Of a stretch of 64,000 bases of DNA, positions 12,131-26,111 are shown piece after piece. The DNA comes from Chrysomallon squamiferum. Taxonomy: Eukaryota; Animalia; Mollusca. The position numbers were made by a program, and so were the translations under genes. The stretch lies in the NCBI GenBank assembly GCA_012295275.1, contig CM022678.1, positions 310,001 to 374,000 of the forward strand, given 5' to 3'. Position 1 is the stretch's first letter, and each line of letters opens with the position of its first letter. The notes under the pieces are model-generated. The model was given only the letters and a program-made list of their open reading frames with translations, had not been told where the DNA came from and did no database searches.

Positions 12131-12619
12131 TTACTTGTCACTGAACCCTTTAACTACAGATGTAATCTAGAGACTGAATGTAACATTTTCTCTCTAAAAC
12201 AATTTCTTAAACTATTTCATAAACTCTGCAGCTCCATACTTTGAAGTGATTTGTTATTAGTGTTAAATAGCAATGGCAATTATGTGACAATATTATATTG
12301 TCACAGGTGTATATTATATTATCACTCTTCTGTTATCTCAATTCTTTTTTTTTTAATGGACTATTCACATTTATTTGTATTCAATTTAATTATATAGTAA
12401 TACATTTATTTATTTAGTACCATAACTTCTTAAATTTTTGGAATAAATTAGTATGTACATGGGTAACATTTCAAAACAGGGTGACTTCCTCTGTGGTATC
12501 TGTTAATTAAATATTAGATGATAATTTTAATCTATTTCTGTGCTTGTATAAACATACTCTGATCATTTTCACACTTCAGTTTTCAGTAATCTGCTACATT
12601 CTTCATTCAAAAACTTGAT

Positions 12620-12897
12620 CTTGTGATTTCATGTTTATGTACAGGCACATTCATTCTGTAGTGTTCTTGTGAGTTCATGTTTATGTACAGACACATTCAT
12701 TCTGTAGTGATCTTGTGATTTCATGTTTATGTACAGACACATTCATTCTGTAGTGTTCTTGTGAGTTCATGTTTATGTACAGACACATTCATTCTGTAGT
12801 GTTGTGAGTTCATGTTTATGTACAGACACATTCATTCTGTAGTGTTCTTGTGAGTTCATGTTTATGTACAGACACATTCATTCTGTTGTGTTCTTAT
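12620..12897. repeat. 46-bp tandem repeat, about 6 copies
   Basis: Unit GTGAGTTCATGTTTATGTACAGACACATTCATTCTGTAGTGTTCTT. Confidence 0.95.
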
Positions 12898-12933
12898 GCA
12901 GCTGTCTTCCTGACACTGGTGAAGTAGTAGCAT

Positions 12934-13043
12934 CTACAAATAGTACAGTATTTAACTACAAATAGTACAGTATTTAACTACAAATAGTACAGTATTTAAC
13001 TACAAATAGCACAGTATTTAACTACAAATAGTACAGTATTTAA
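12934..13043. repeat. 22-bp tandem repeat x5 (CTACAAATAGTACAGTATTTAA); the minus strand of the unit ends in TTTGTAG, an acceptor-like site
   Basis: Direct periodicity. Confidence 0.95.
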
Positions 13044-13613
13044 CACTTGTCATACTGTGTACAAAGTGTAACAACTTATTTTATTTCTTAAAATGAATAA
13101 GAGGTGACACAGTCATTTGCTATATTGGGAAAAATATAATAACAAAATAACAAAATAAAACCCCCACAAAAAACAGCATTGATGAGAATTTCATGTTAGA
13201 TACTATTCAATAAAAACCTCATACCTGTTACATCAAGTTTGAAGTATAAATAAATAAATAAATAATAGCAAAGAAAACATTAGGTAACTAAGGTAAAAAT
13301 TCATTTTATTCGATGTTAATTGTTTCTAGTATCAATGTAAAGGTTAAAAACTAGTAAAGAAAGAATTATAAATAACAAACTACAACAAGACTGAAAAGTC
13401 ATTCTTCAATAAAACCTGGACCCATCTTGTGACTAGCTTTGACAACTGAAGTTTTATCAGTCTTCCACTGTACGCTTATAATATTAAATTTTACTATTTT
13501 TACTGGCAATCACATTTATTACACTTGAATTTGAAATGTGTACATGTATGTATGTGTTTCTGCTTGTGTGTAAATATAAGTAATTCAAACAAATAAAACA
13601 TTAACTTACTTAC

Positions 13614-13695
13614 AACTCAGTTTAACCCGTCTTTAGATTTTAGCTTTTACTTTTAGTTTTCTGTCACTGACCACACAACTCTTCTGTCCTGTCAA
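13614..13695 (-). other. Candidate non-coding (5' UTR) exon of the STAND gene
   Basis: Flanked by ATTGTTCAG| and |GTAAGT. A related sequence (CCACAC(A/G)ACTCTTCTGTCC(T/A)GTCAAC) also occurs at about 4274-4299. Confidence 0.4.
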
Positions 13696-13860
13696 CTGAA
13701 CAATATAAAACTTACATACTGATTTAACTTGCTTCTTAAATTAATATTGTCAAGTAACACATTTTCTTTTATGTCTCTGCAGCTTGTATTCAACACTGAA
13801 ACAAAACATTGTGGACAATTTCTCACACTTAATCTTAGCCTCCAACAGAAATCAGCGTGG

Positions 13861-13893
<33 letters not shown>

Positions 13894-14061
13894 AAAACGG
13901 GAAAAAAACTCCCATATCGTTGAAATACTGAAATAGATATATTATTATTTTATTTGTTTTATTATTTTAAATAAAATCAAATGAAATAATTAATTTTATC
14001 CTCTGAAATAAACAAAAAATCAACAGTCAGTAAAAAAACAACTAAAAAACAGTATATATAC

Positions 14062-14200
14062 CTGCAACAGAAAAGGAAGTAAAACTCGGAACTTGTCAAC
14101 TAACGAAATTACCCAAATTCTTCGCCATTTGCTCAGTAAATCATCCGGCAAGGTAGACTACTCTGTTTTCCTTTCGAAAAGAACGAAATAGAAACGTGAA
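14062..14200 (-). promoter_or_regulatory. Candidate first exon/promoter of the STAND gene, with an ISRE-like GAAATAGAAAC at 14185-14195
   Basis: Donor CAG|GTATAT at 14062/14061. CpG dinucleotides reappear here after the CpG-poor gene body. Homologous modules ending in a donor occur at about 56060-56163 and 59700-59801. Confidence 0.45.
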
Positions 14201-14264
14201 TCGGACATATGCTCCACAGGAAATAACACCTCCTCCCCGAATCCAAAAATACAGAGCCAAACAA

Positions 14265-14330
<66 letters not shown>

Positions 14331-14655
14331 AAGAAGAAGAAAAAGAAGAATTAAAAAAAAAAAAAAACCAAAATAACAACAACAACAAAAAATAATAATA
14401 ATAAGTCTCTCATTGTGAAAATATGTTCCTGATACTTTTATCATCAAAATCATGGGATTTACGTAGTTATTCGGTCAAACAAATTTGCTGTGAGCAGGTT
14501 TAATAAAAAAGTAACTTTAAAACTGACCCACATAATCAGAAATACAGGTGACATAGCATAGCTTAGAAAATATGAAATGATTTTGTCACTTTAATAAAGT
14601 GGTTGTTTGAAAAGTTTTGTTTATTTATTTATTTATTTTGTTGTTGTTGTTGTTG

Positions 14656-14721
<66 letters not shown>

Positions 14722-14814
14722 CTGTGAAGGAGCTTATGTCCTACCTTGCAAATTCACTGGTAGGTTTTTGTCTGCCTCTGCATTTTTGGACTGGGAGGGT
14801 CGGGGCTGTCCTCA

Positions 14815-15122
14815 TACATTCAGCAGATTCATCACTAATACATTCAGTAGATTCATCACTGATACATTCACTAGATTCAACACTAATACATTCAGTAGAT
14901 TCATCACTGATACATTCAGTAGATTCAACACTGATACACAGGAAAACTAAATTGTGTTTGTTTCTTTACTAGATTCAACACTGATTCACAGGAAAACTAA
15001 ATTGTGTTTGTTTCTTTACTAGATTCAACACTGATACACAGGAAAACTAAATTGTGTTTGTTTCTTTACTAGATTCAACACTGATACACAGGAAAATTAA
15101 ATTGTGTTTGTTTCTTTACTTT
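14815..15122. repeat. Compound tandem repeat: 24-bp unit x~5 followed by a related 50-bp unit x4
   Basis: AGATTCATCACTGATACATTCAGT units, then AGATTCAACACTGATACACAGGAAAACTAAATTGTGTTTGTTTCTTTACT at 14921, 14971, 15021 and 15071. Confidence 0.93.
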
Positions 15123-15455
15123 CCTAATTGCTTTCGAAAGACTGTTATACGTGACTGAAGTAAGTAAATTTGGAATATTTATATGATTACTGTTTTGTTA
15201 CGAAGTGTTATTATTTATTGTGTGTGGTCCATGCCCTCCATCCCGCCCTGAATATGTATGACTTTCTACTGAAGCCAGTTTTAACAAATGATTTTTAACA
15301 TTGTGACAAGGCAATCACAGCAATACACAGTATTTCATGTCTAATAATAATAATAATAATAATGACAAAAACAACAACAACAACAACAACAATTACAATA
15401 ATAGCAACAATATATATGTGTTAGTACCCATTTCCACTGTTGAATTTCCAAAGAT

Positions 15456-15541
<86 letters not shown>

Positions 15542-15796
15542 AATATATATATATACACACACATACCCTTTTATTGTCTGATCTTATTTATTTTATTATT
15601 CCAGAACTTAAATTTAATAATATAATTAATTACAGAGATTAATTGTGCAATTTTGTTTATCAAAACCGGATTCGCTTGGGGGTCATTTCGTTTCTTACAT
15701 GGACCGTACACAACGGAAGTCGCAAAGGAATAAAACACACATTTCTTATCAGTGAAGAGATTATCCACTGTAGCTTTTCTTACTCATTCTTATTTC

Positions 15797-15828
<32 letters not shown>

Positions 15829-15900
15829 TAATTAATATTATTATATTAAATCGTTTCGGTATTCGATTATCTCCCTTCAACTGGTCCTGAATCTATTGAC

Positions 15901-15936
<36 letters not shown>

Positions 15937-16456
15937 TCTTCCGAATTACATTCTACCACCAACAAATTATCTTCTTACGAAACCATTTGTAGCAGTCTAC
16001 TTTAGTTTAAATAGTAATACTTGTTTTTACTTTGTAAAGTTTTCACTTTGGGTTTTAAACGCAGAACACTTGTAATAATTAATAACGAAATATAAAAACT
16101 AAATAATTTAAAATAATAAATAAAATAATATATCTGTTTCGGAGTATAGTATTGTAGTGCTGGATTATATTTGATTTACTAGTTCGCTTGTACTAATTGT
16201 CAGTGAGTGTTAGGATCAGAATCAGTTTGCTGTACAATCTAACTGTTTAAATTACTTTCATGTTTTATAAAAATAAATGAGTAATAATCGTGGATGAATA
16301 AATTACAGTGTTTTAAATCATTTCTTTATTCAGACTCGTATGATAGAAATGACTAATTCAAAAATTAAAACACAGTTTTTGTCGTCCGCAACAAGCATAG
16401 TGATCAAAGTGTTGTTGATGGCTACAGGTTCACAGTGTGTATTCATTCACATCAAT

Positions 16457-16499
<43 letters not shown>

Positions 16500-16594
16500 C
16501 GCTCGCTCGCTCGCCTATTAGAGTCTAGAAAAGAAAGGTAAATAATGATTTATATAATAAAGAAAACCAGTAAAATGAAATATTCCAGTAGCTT

Positions 16595-16629
<35 letters not shown>

Positions 16630-16891
16630 TTATTATTATTATTATTATCATCATCATCATCATCATCATTTTTTAATTTATTTATTTATATATATTTTTT
16701 TGTCTTAGAAATTTGATATGTTGGTCTCTATTAATTACGTCATTATTAATCTTACAAATACATTAGAATAATTCACCCATTAGAAGTAAATATGTTCTTA
16801 TCTTATAATATCAGATTTGAGATATGCATATTAATCACAATATTAATGATCTGTAATTAGTGAACAATACAAAAAATAAATAAATAAAAAG

Positions 16892-16922
<31 letters not shown>

Positions 16923-17149
16923 TAATAATGATAATAATAATAATAATATTAATAATAATAATAATAAAAACAACAAAAAACAAACAAACAATAACAATGA
17001 AAAAAACAACAAAAAAACAAAACAAAAACAAAAACAATATATTTTAACGTGGATATTCATTTCGATATCAATATAATAAATGTGATGCCTGTAATAAATG
17101 AATATAAAAATCATATTTTGACGTGCATATTAGTACCAATAGTAATCTT

Positions 17150-17660
17150 TTGAAATGAATGATGACGTAACAGGACATTTTAGAACACTTGTTAATGACG
17201 TCAGAAGAGGACTAAGCACTGAGGTGATGGAAAGGACAAGTGAAAAGTGAAATTCAAAGTTCTCTGCTCTCAGATGGCGCGTTCACAAAGACCAGATCAT
17301 TGATTGGCTTCTCTAACTTTCGATGCTTGTTTCCTTGGAGGTTAAAGGGTTAATTGCTGTAGTTGCTTCTCACAACAGTGAAGATGTTCAGAAATATGGA
17401 TAACGACACTATTGACTAGCAATGTCAGCTCCACGTTTGGAGTTTCTCAAATGAGCACTTTGACGTTCAGCTATTTTTAAATTACACATTTGGCAGCAGA
17501 CAGCGCGCGCACGTAGTTATTGGCTGAATGGACTGGTAATCTCGTCTATTAATGAACATTCAGCGAACTGCTCAGCTGCTTCACTGACAGGCAAAGAAAG
17601 AAAAATAAGACCTGAAAAGAAACGGTGCGCTCCTCTAGAGGGTAGAAAGTAAATCAAGAC
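17150..17660. promoter_or_regulatory. CpG-containing promoter/enhancer-like segment
   Basis: TGACGTCA (17196), GAAAAGTGAAA IRF-E-like site (17242-17252), AGATGGCG YY1-like site (about 17273), and two ATTGG (reverse CCAAT) boxes at about 17303 and 17519. Motif-only evidence. Confidence 0.3.
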
Positions 17661-18048
17661 AGATATTGCGTACTGAAACCTGTATTAATATCTGAAATTC
17701 AAAACTTCAAAATCCATAATTATTTATTTATTTATTTATTTAGTTATTCTTATTTACATTAGGTATGAACTATAATGTTATTAAACTATAACCGATTAGT
17801 TTACACGGGAAGCTGTTACAAGATCTAAATATCAGTTTCTTTTCTCAGGATTTAGGAAATATCGACCCTAATTCGATCACACGTCCAAAGTTACAAAATA
17901 TCCACAAAAATTCGTGCTCATCGGCATAGAATAATATTTGTTTGAGAAAACCCGCCTGCTGATCAATAACACAACTGTGAAAGAGAAACAAGAAGATTTT
18001 ACACTGTTTCTACGTTTTATACGTCTGCATGCGTCCGTCTGTGTGTGT

Positions 18049-18087
<39 letters not shown>

Positions 18088-18973
18088 ACAAACAATATCA
18101 AACATTCCAGTACGTGCAAAAAGACACTACCATCAACAACAACAACAACAACAACAACAATAATAATATAATAACATTAAAGTTTGAAAAAATTAAAATT
18201 AAGTAGAAATGTAAAATAAAAAACTGTATTAAGTAGAAATGAAAAAAAGAAAGAAAAAAAAAAGCCAACATTAAGTAGAAATGTAAAGAGAGGTACAAAT
18301 GTGAACTAGAACTGGGAGAGGTTTTGATCAATATCATTATGAGATTGACGGAGTTGTCTCGTTTTGCTGTTGAAGGTGTTTTAAGTGAGTAAACCTCAAA
18401 CAGGCTCGCTCATGTTCGGACGTCGTTCGTTTGGTGTCGTCGCAAAGACAGCATGTGCAACAGGAGGAGCAGACGACAAAGGAAATGACACAGAAACTGT
18501 GAGTAATGAAACACGTTTTGTTTTCACTGGTGACTATTAATACTTATAACCGTTAATTAGTGACGCAGAAACTGTGAGTAATGAAACACGTTTTGTTTTC
18601 ACTGGTGACTATTAATACTTATAACCGTTATTTGGTGACATACAGAATTTTCACTAGTGACTGTTAATATTTATAACCATTTATTAGTGACTTATTTTAT
18701 CATAGAATTTTCACAAGTGACCATTAATACATGTTACCATTGATTAGTGACACATTTAATGGCTTCTAACATAACCGGTAAGTGAAGTAGTTAAAAAAAA
18801 AAAAAAAAAAATGCTGCGACCATGTCAGACGTGCATGTGTCGTGAAGTAAGTGATTGATAAACTGCGAGTTTTCACGTGTAACACGTGTGTCAGGCACAA
18901 TATTGATTTTCCTGTACAATAGTAATCACCACTACAACATTTTCACAGACGGTGTGTGTGTGTGTGTGTGTGT

Positions 18974-19078
<105 letters not shown>

Positions 19079-19112
19079 TTATTTTAATTGCAGTCATCAT
19101 CATCATTTTTGT

Positions 19113-19161
<49 letters not shown>

Positions 19162-19327
19162 AATATTATTATTATTATTATTATATTATTATTATTATTA
19201 TTTTCATCATCGTTATTATTTTATAATTTGCAGGGGATATATCTTTTCCTTATTTTTCTTTTCTGTTACATTTCTTCTAGTGGAATCAAGTGTAAATAAC
19301 ATGTGATATACTATTCACTTTATTATT

Positions 19328-21720
19328 AACACCACCACCTGCTCCACTATCACCACTACTACTAGTACCACCACCACCACTACTAGTACCACAACCACCA
19401 CCACTACTAGTACCACAACCACCACCACTACTACTGGTACCACAAACCACCACCACCACTATCACCACTACTACTAGTACCACCACCACCACTACTGGTG
19501 CCACAACCACCACCACCACTATCACCCATTACTACTGGTGCCACCACCACCACTACTAGTACCACAACCACCACCACCACTATCACCACTACTACTAGTA
19601 CCACCACCACCACTACTAGTACCACCACTACTAGTACCACCACCACCACCACTACTAGTACCACCACTACTAGTAGTACCACCACCACCACCACTATCAC
19701 CACTACTACTGGTGCCACCACCACCACCACTACTAGTGCCACCACCACTACTAGTACCACCACCACCACTACTGGTACCACCACCACCACTACTAGTACC
19801 ACCACCACCACTACTGGTACCACTCCACTAGTACCACCACCACCACTACTAGTGCCACCACCACCACTTCTACCACTACTAGCACCACTACTACTAGTAG
19901 CCACCACCACCCACCACCAGTGCCCTACTGGTGCCACCTGCTAGTACCACCACCACCACTACTAGTAACACTACTACTGGTGCCCACCACCACTGCTAAT
20001 TAGGTGCCACCACCACCACCACTGGTGCCACTGCCTACTGGTGCCACCACCACCACTACTGGTGCCACCACTACTGGTGCCACCACTGCTGCTAGTGCCA
20101 CCACCACCACCACCACTATCACCACTGCTACCACCGCCACTATCGCCACCACTGCTGGTGCCGCCACTGCTACTGGTGCCACCACCACTTACTGGTGCCA
20201 CCACCCATATCACCACTGCTGCTGGTACCACCACCACCGCTGCTGGTACCTTAATTTCCACCAATTTATTTATTTACTAATTAGTGCATAATTACTACTT
20301 GAAATAATAATACTTACTACTAAATAATTTACTACACACTACCATACTTACCATATGCATTTCATATTTGCCTGTATTTCATATGTACCATTAACATTAA
20401 TATGTTTGCATACAATTAGGTAATTTACTTAATTAATTTATGAGTTTAACATATTGAATTTTACAATTAATTAATGAAATAATGAATACCAACTTACTAC
20501 TTAGTAATTACTACCATACTTACTAGGTTTTAAATTTACTACTGTTTTTAGCACCATTATAATTTTGTTTCACTACTTAGTAACACCATTTTATGAAGTA
20601 ATTACAATAATAATTAATTTTACCACTATCACCACTTACTACTTAGTAGTCTTACTTACTACTATTTTAGTACTCTTACTAATTAATTATACTACTTCAT
20701 ATGCATTTTACTATCAATACTACTACTAGCAATTAACTTCCACCTTAATTGTTAACTTATACTACTACTAATTTTACTACTACTTCTCATAATTGTTTCA
20801 CTTACCATCATATTTCAACACTATCATACACACTTAATTACTATTTTCATTTACCACTACTACTACCACCACACATACCACTAATTACTACTTACCACCA
20901 CCACCACCACCATTTCACCACTACCATGACGATGATAATTATACTACGTGGACGAACAATTTAATTTACGCATTTACTTAACGCATTTTAGCATTTACTT
21001 TCCATTTATTTATTATTTACGATGATTACATTATGATGAATTACTACCATTTTACCACAAATCGCCACTATTACCAATACTACCATTACCATTTACCACT
21101 CACCACAATACCGCCACTACTATTACCACCGCTATTTCCACCACCAACGTTAATACAACCATCATTATTACCACCACCACCACTACCGCCATCAACCACC
21201 ACCACTTACCACCAATGATTTGATGTTTTCCACTAATACCACCACTACCACCGCGACAACAAACAGCCACCTTGTTTATTATTATTAGTCGCACCGCCAC
21301 TGTCACTACCACTACCACACACCACACAGTCTCACTCTGTTTACTACTTCAGTGTTTCACTACCTACCACCAGTTACCACACCACCATTGCTTACTACTT
21401 CAATTTTCACTACTACAATTACCAATTTTACTTACCTCAATTACCTACCACCATCACTAATTACTCACTTCACTCTTAGCAATTACCCACCATTACTACT
21501 TAGTACCACCAACACCACCACTTCCCACCACACACTGCTACTACCACCACTTCAATAATGTTAGTAACCACCCACTCATCACACTCATTACTACCACCAC
21601 CACCACCATACTACTACCTCACTCACCACCAATTACTTCAGCACACCTGCACTACCATTTCAAATAAAGCACCACTCACAGTACAATGACCCATCTGCTC
21701 TTCACTTCCCATACCACCAG
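19328..21720. repeat. (ACC/ACT)n-based low-complexity repeat (CCACCACTACTAGTA-like), increasingly degenerate toward the right
   Basis: Direct sequence. Source of the spurious poly-T/P/V/G ORFs. Confidence 0.93.
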
Positions 21721-23525
21721 CCATTTTCACTACTGACTCAGAGCAACGGTGATGAAAAACGACCATGACTCCTTTAATCCCAAGCCCAACTACCACTTAT
21801 ACTTTTATTATTATTATTACTTTTGTGACTGCAACAAAACACTTACAACACTACACACTCATACTCACACACATACATAATAATTCTAGAACAGCACAAT
21901 AAAATGACTAAAATACATAAAACGACCTGACATGATTTAGTTTATTGTAAAACTGTTTCGTCTCGCACCAACCACTACATTCATGACCCCCTGTAGCTGG
22001 ACAAATTGGCTGTATTAAATATTTACAACTGATGACGTCAAAGCTGTCCTGAATTTCTTACCAAATAAAGAAGAGTATATACATATGATTGTTCATATTC
22101 TCTGTGTCGCTTAACGTGCCATTTTATCGTAATTGTCAGCAAGAGATGATTTTAGTCAACAGTTTCTGTTTTAATATAATTTATGTATGTCTGTGTCTGT
22201 GAGTACTATTGTCAGTTCTTTCCTGCAGTGACATATCAGCACTGTTTTTTTCTATTTGTTGTCCAATTTTCTGATTATAGCTCTGTAAAAATCTTATGTA
22301 ATTTATATATTTAAAAAAATAGCTTGTGTAAAATCTTAGTTGTACTCTTTATACATTTAATATAACTGTAAAATATTAGTGTTTACCTTTTGCGCAGATT
22401 TTAAAAATCAGCTCACAAATATAGTTTTGTGATCTTTCTTTATGTGTTCTGTTTATTTTGAAGTATAAATCTATATCTTTATACTTTAACTTCGTGTCTT
22501 TATAAAAACAGCATCCTTGTCGATAAGATGTGTCTTTGACGTAAACAATATAATTAGTATGACGTCAATAAGGCCATTACAGTTTCTTTCATTATTCCTG
22601 TATAAATGCTTTGTTCAAGAATAGATTAATTTAGTTTAATATTCTCCAAAAGACTGCCGTGACTCATCGAAATGTTAATCCATTTTGTTTCACGCGGAAA
22701 GCGCGATTAATATTTAATGCATAGAGAAAAGCGGAAAAATTACCTACAAACTACTCTGCGTAAATTCGTCTAACCAAGCTTGAATGACATGATCATGACC
22801 GACATAAATATTTATCAGTGATTTTATCTTTAGACTAAGCAAATTGGTTTTTACATTTCGTTCAGTGACATCAGTATGAGCGACACAGTAATTGTGTGTC
22901 TGTGATACGCGCTGAAGTTAAGTGTTGTGCTGTTTGGTACAAATTCCAGTCGTTCTGGTGGTGCACATTTGTCCTGAATAGAGCGACAATATTTGAGAAT
23001 AGTTGTGGAAAGCCATTGGCGATGCTGAACAAAACGTTCGAAGAGGTGAAACATTACGGGCAATAGCAGTGTTGGTACTCGGTATAACTAGTTGGAATTA
23101 ACTCTGTGTTGGTGGTACTTGCTAAAAGACGTGTTTATGAGGTGATACAAGCAGAAAACAAAACCGGTGATATCGTAAACGAATCTGTCTCTCTTGTGAA
23201 TAAAGTGTAAAGTTCAGTTCAGAGAAAGTGAATCTGACATTGAAGAGGTGAGTTGTAACAACAACAACAACAACAAACAACAATAATAATAATAGTAATA
23301 ATAGTAAATAATAATAATAATATCAATATTAATATAATTAAGTAATAACAATAATAATAATACCGGATAACGATGATGATGCATAATAATAGTAGGTAGT
23401 AGTAGTAGTAGTAGTAGTAATGGTAGTAATAATAGGTAAAACAATATCAGTAACAACAAATAACAATACTAATAATATTAATAATATTACTAATGTGATG
23501 TCAACAACAACAACAAAACAACAAA

Positions 23526-23589
<64 letters not shown>

Positions 23590-23743
23590 TACAAAAAAGA
23601 TGACTGAAAACCAGCAATGCAAGATTATTGAATTTTTTCCGATTATTTTTTAAGCAAATAGGATTATTTTTATTTTTTCAGTAATTCCATAGCATTAGTG
23701 ACTCAGTAACAGAAGAAACTAATTACTTGAATTAACTCCAATT

Positions 23744-23943
23744 NNNNNNNNNNNNNNNNNNNNNNNNNNNNNNNNNNNNNNNNNNNNNNNNNNNNNNNNN
23801 NNNNNNNNNNNNNNNNNNNNNNNNNNNNNNNNNNNNNNNNNNNNNNNNNNNNNNNNNNNNNNNNNNNNNNNNNNNNNNNNNNNNNNNNNNNNNNNNNNNN
23901 NNNNNNNNNNNNNNNNNNNNNNNNNNNNNNNNNNNNNNNNNNN
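23744..23943. other. Assembly gap (200 N)
   Basis: Run of N. Confidence 1.
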
Positions 23944-25830
23944 TGTGCCATTGTCGTTTTTCTGAGTGTGACCGTTTACTTTGACTGCTATGGTTCTGTT
24001 GTTAATAAAGTCTTTAATAAAGTTGAACATGTTGCCTTTGATGTTGTTGTTGTTGATTAATTTGACGAGCAGTCCTTCCCTCCATACCATGTCGAAGGCA
24101 TTTTCAATGTCTAGGAATACTGCGAGGACGTGTTTTGATTTTCTAAAAGATTGGTTGATTGATGTTTGCAGACAGGTGATCTGGTCGTTTGTGCTGTTTC
24201 TTCCTAAAGCCGCTTTGCTATTTGCTGATTAAATTGTTGTTGTTTAAATGCTTGCTCAGGCGTGTGTTGACATTGTTTCCAATGTTTTGCACATGTGTGA
24301 CATCAGCGTGAACAGTCTGTAGCTGTTGGGTAGTGAGTGATCTTTGTGTGGTTTGGGCAAGCTGAAACATTCGGCGTGTTTCCAGCTTGTTGGAATCTTG
24401 CCTGTGGTCCATATTGTGTTGTAGAGGTCAGTAAGATGAGTAGTGTTTCGTCTGGTAGGTGTTGTAGTATTGTGCAGCTTATTTTATCTGGCCCTGTGGC
24501 TGTACTTTTCTTGTTTTTTAGTGCATGTTTTAATTCGCTGATGTTGAGTTGATTGTATTACATATGTTCTGTGTCTGCGGAGTGTTCGTTGATTGTTACG
24601 TTGTCCAGTGGTTTCTTTGTGAATTTCAGTGGGAAGTTTGAATTGCTGCTGGACTTGACGAAAGTTTTGCTCAGTAGGTCTGCTTTTTGCTTGTTGGTGA
24701 ATGCGATGTTGTTTTTGCCAAGAGTGTTGATTCTGTGTGTTTTTTTGCCTTGGATGTTTTTTACTTTGGCCCACATGTCTTTGACTGATGTTTTGTGGTT
24801 GATATTGTTACAAAAGAGTTCCCAGTGTTCTTGTTTTGCACTGAGAATTAGATTGGAAACTTGTTTTTTTGCTATTTTGTATTTTTCGTGTGTGGAATGA
24901 TTTCTGTCATTTTTCTATTGTCTTCTGAATTTTTTTCTTTCTTTGGATTTCTTTTCTGTGCATTCCGTCCACCAGGGAGTGGGTATTTGCCGGTGCATCG
25001 TCTGGTTTTGGGTATGAATCTGTTTGCAGTGGAGTGTATCGTGTTGGTGAGTGATGTGCAGTAGGTTTCGATGTCGCTGCAGTTCTGTGTGGTGATGTTT
25101 CTGCTGCTTTGTAGAAGACTTCCCAGTCCGCTTTGTTGAAGTTTCATTTCGGTGTGAAGATGGGTCTGTCCGAGAAGGTGTTCTTGCTGTTGTAGTTGGT
25201 GAGTATCGGGTGGTGGTCGCTGTTTAGCTCATCGAGCACTTGCCATTCGCAGAGCGCTGCGATGTCCTTACTTGTGAATGTTACATCAATGGCGGTTTGT
25301 CCACCATTGATGTCGCTGATGTATGTGAGTGTTCCGTCCTACAGACAGACCAGCTGTATACGAGGACGATTCCAGGGCTGTCGTCTGTGACCCCCATAGG
25401 GTGTTGTGACAGTTGAAATCGCCCACTATAATGACCTTGTTGTTTGTTGTGATCATTTTGTTTAAGTCGTGGGTTTGGATGGTGTGTAGTGCGGGAGTGG
25501 GTGGGCTGTACATGTTAATTAGGTCGATGTTTTGATTGTTGTTGTCTACTGTGATACTTAATATTTCGATGTTGGCGTGGACTTTGCCTTGGTTCAGCTT
25601 GGTGTGTGGAATGTGTTGTTTGACGAGTGTTATGGTGCCTCTCCGGGTGTTGTTGAATCTGTAGGCGTAGTGACTTTTATAGCCGGGGACCTTAAATGTT
25701 TTTGTTGTAGTGTCCTACCCATGTTTCTTGTATGGTGTGTTTTGAGTAGAGGCCAGGAAGTTTACGAGTTTGTCTCCGAGGCCTGCTGAGTGGAGGCCTT
25801 TAGCGTTCCACTGAAGAATGGAGAGGCCTG
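23944..25830 (-). mobile_element. Decayed non-LTR retrotransposon (LINE, probably I/Jockey group) ORF2: APE endonuclease plus the N-terminal part of the reverse transcriptase, cut by the gap
   Basis: APE motifs LSILQWNAKGL (about 25795-25825), INMYSPP, VIIVGDFNCHNTLWGS and NSDHHPIL. RT motifs QSGFRK..ST.DQI and HVLAVFLDIENAFDMVWREGLLVKL. Many frameshifts and stops. Confidence 0.93.
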
Positions 25831-26062
25831 TGTTATTGTGTGCTTGTTGTGAAGAGTGGAGAGGCCTGTGTTATTGTGTGCTTGTTGTGAAGAGTGGAGA
25901 GGTCTGTGTTATTGTGTGCTTGTTGTGAAGAGTGGAGAGACCTGTGTTATTGTGTGCTTGTTGTGAAGAGTGGAGAGGTCTGTGTTCTTGTGTGCTTGTT
26001 GTGAAGAGTTGAGAGGTCTGTGTTATTGTGTGCTTGTTGTGAAGAGTTGAGAGGTCTGTGTT
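25812..26062. repeat. 38-bp tandem repeat x~6 derived from the start of LINE ORF2
   Basis: Unit GAAGAGTGGAGAGG(C/T)CTGTGTTATTGTGTGCTTGTTGT. The first unit overlaps the TGLSILQ codons of the endonuclease. Confidence 0.92.
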
Positions 26063-26111
26063 TTTTTGTGTTTTGGGGATTTCTCTTGACTGTGTATAAT
26101 TTAAGTCTTTT

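Noticed and set aside
19286-20291. Mucin-, extensin- or glycine-rich protein ORFs
   Set aside because: The region is open in many frames on both strands because of the (ACC/ACT)n repeat. No splice or signal-peptide context, and it degrades into noisy sequence.
22900-23250. Possible THAP-domain or transposon remnant (KCCAV...) ending at a GTGAGT donor
   Set aside because: Could not recover the remaining THAP motifs in any consistent frame.
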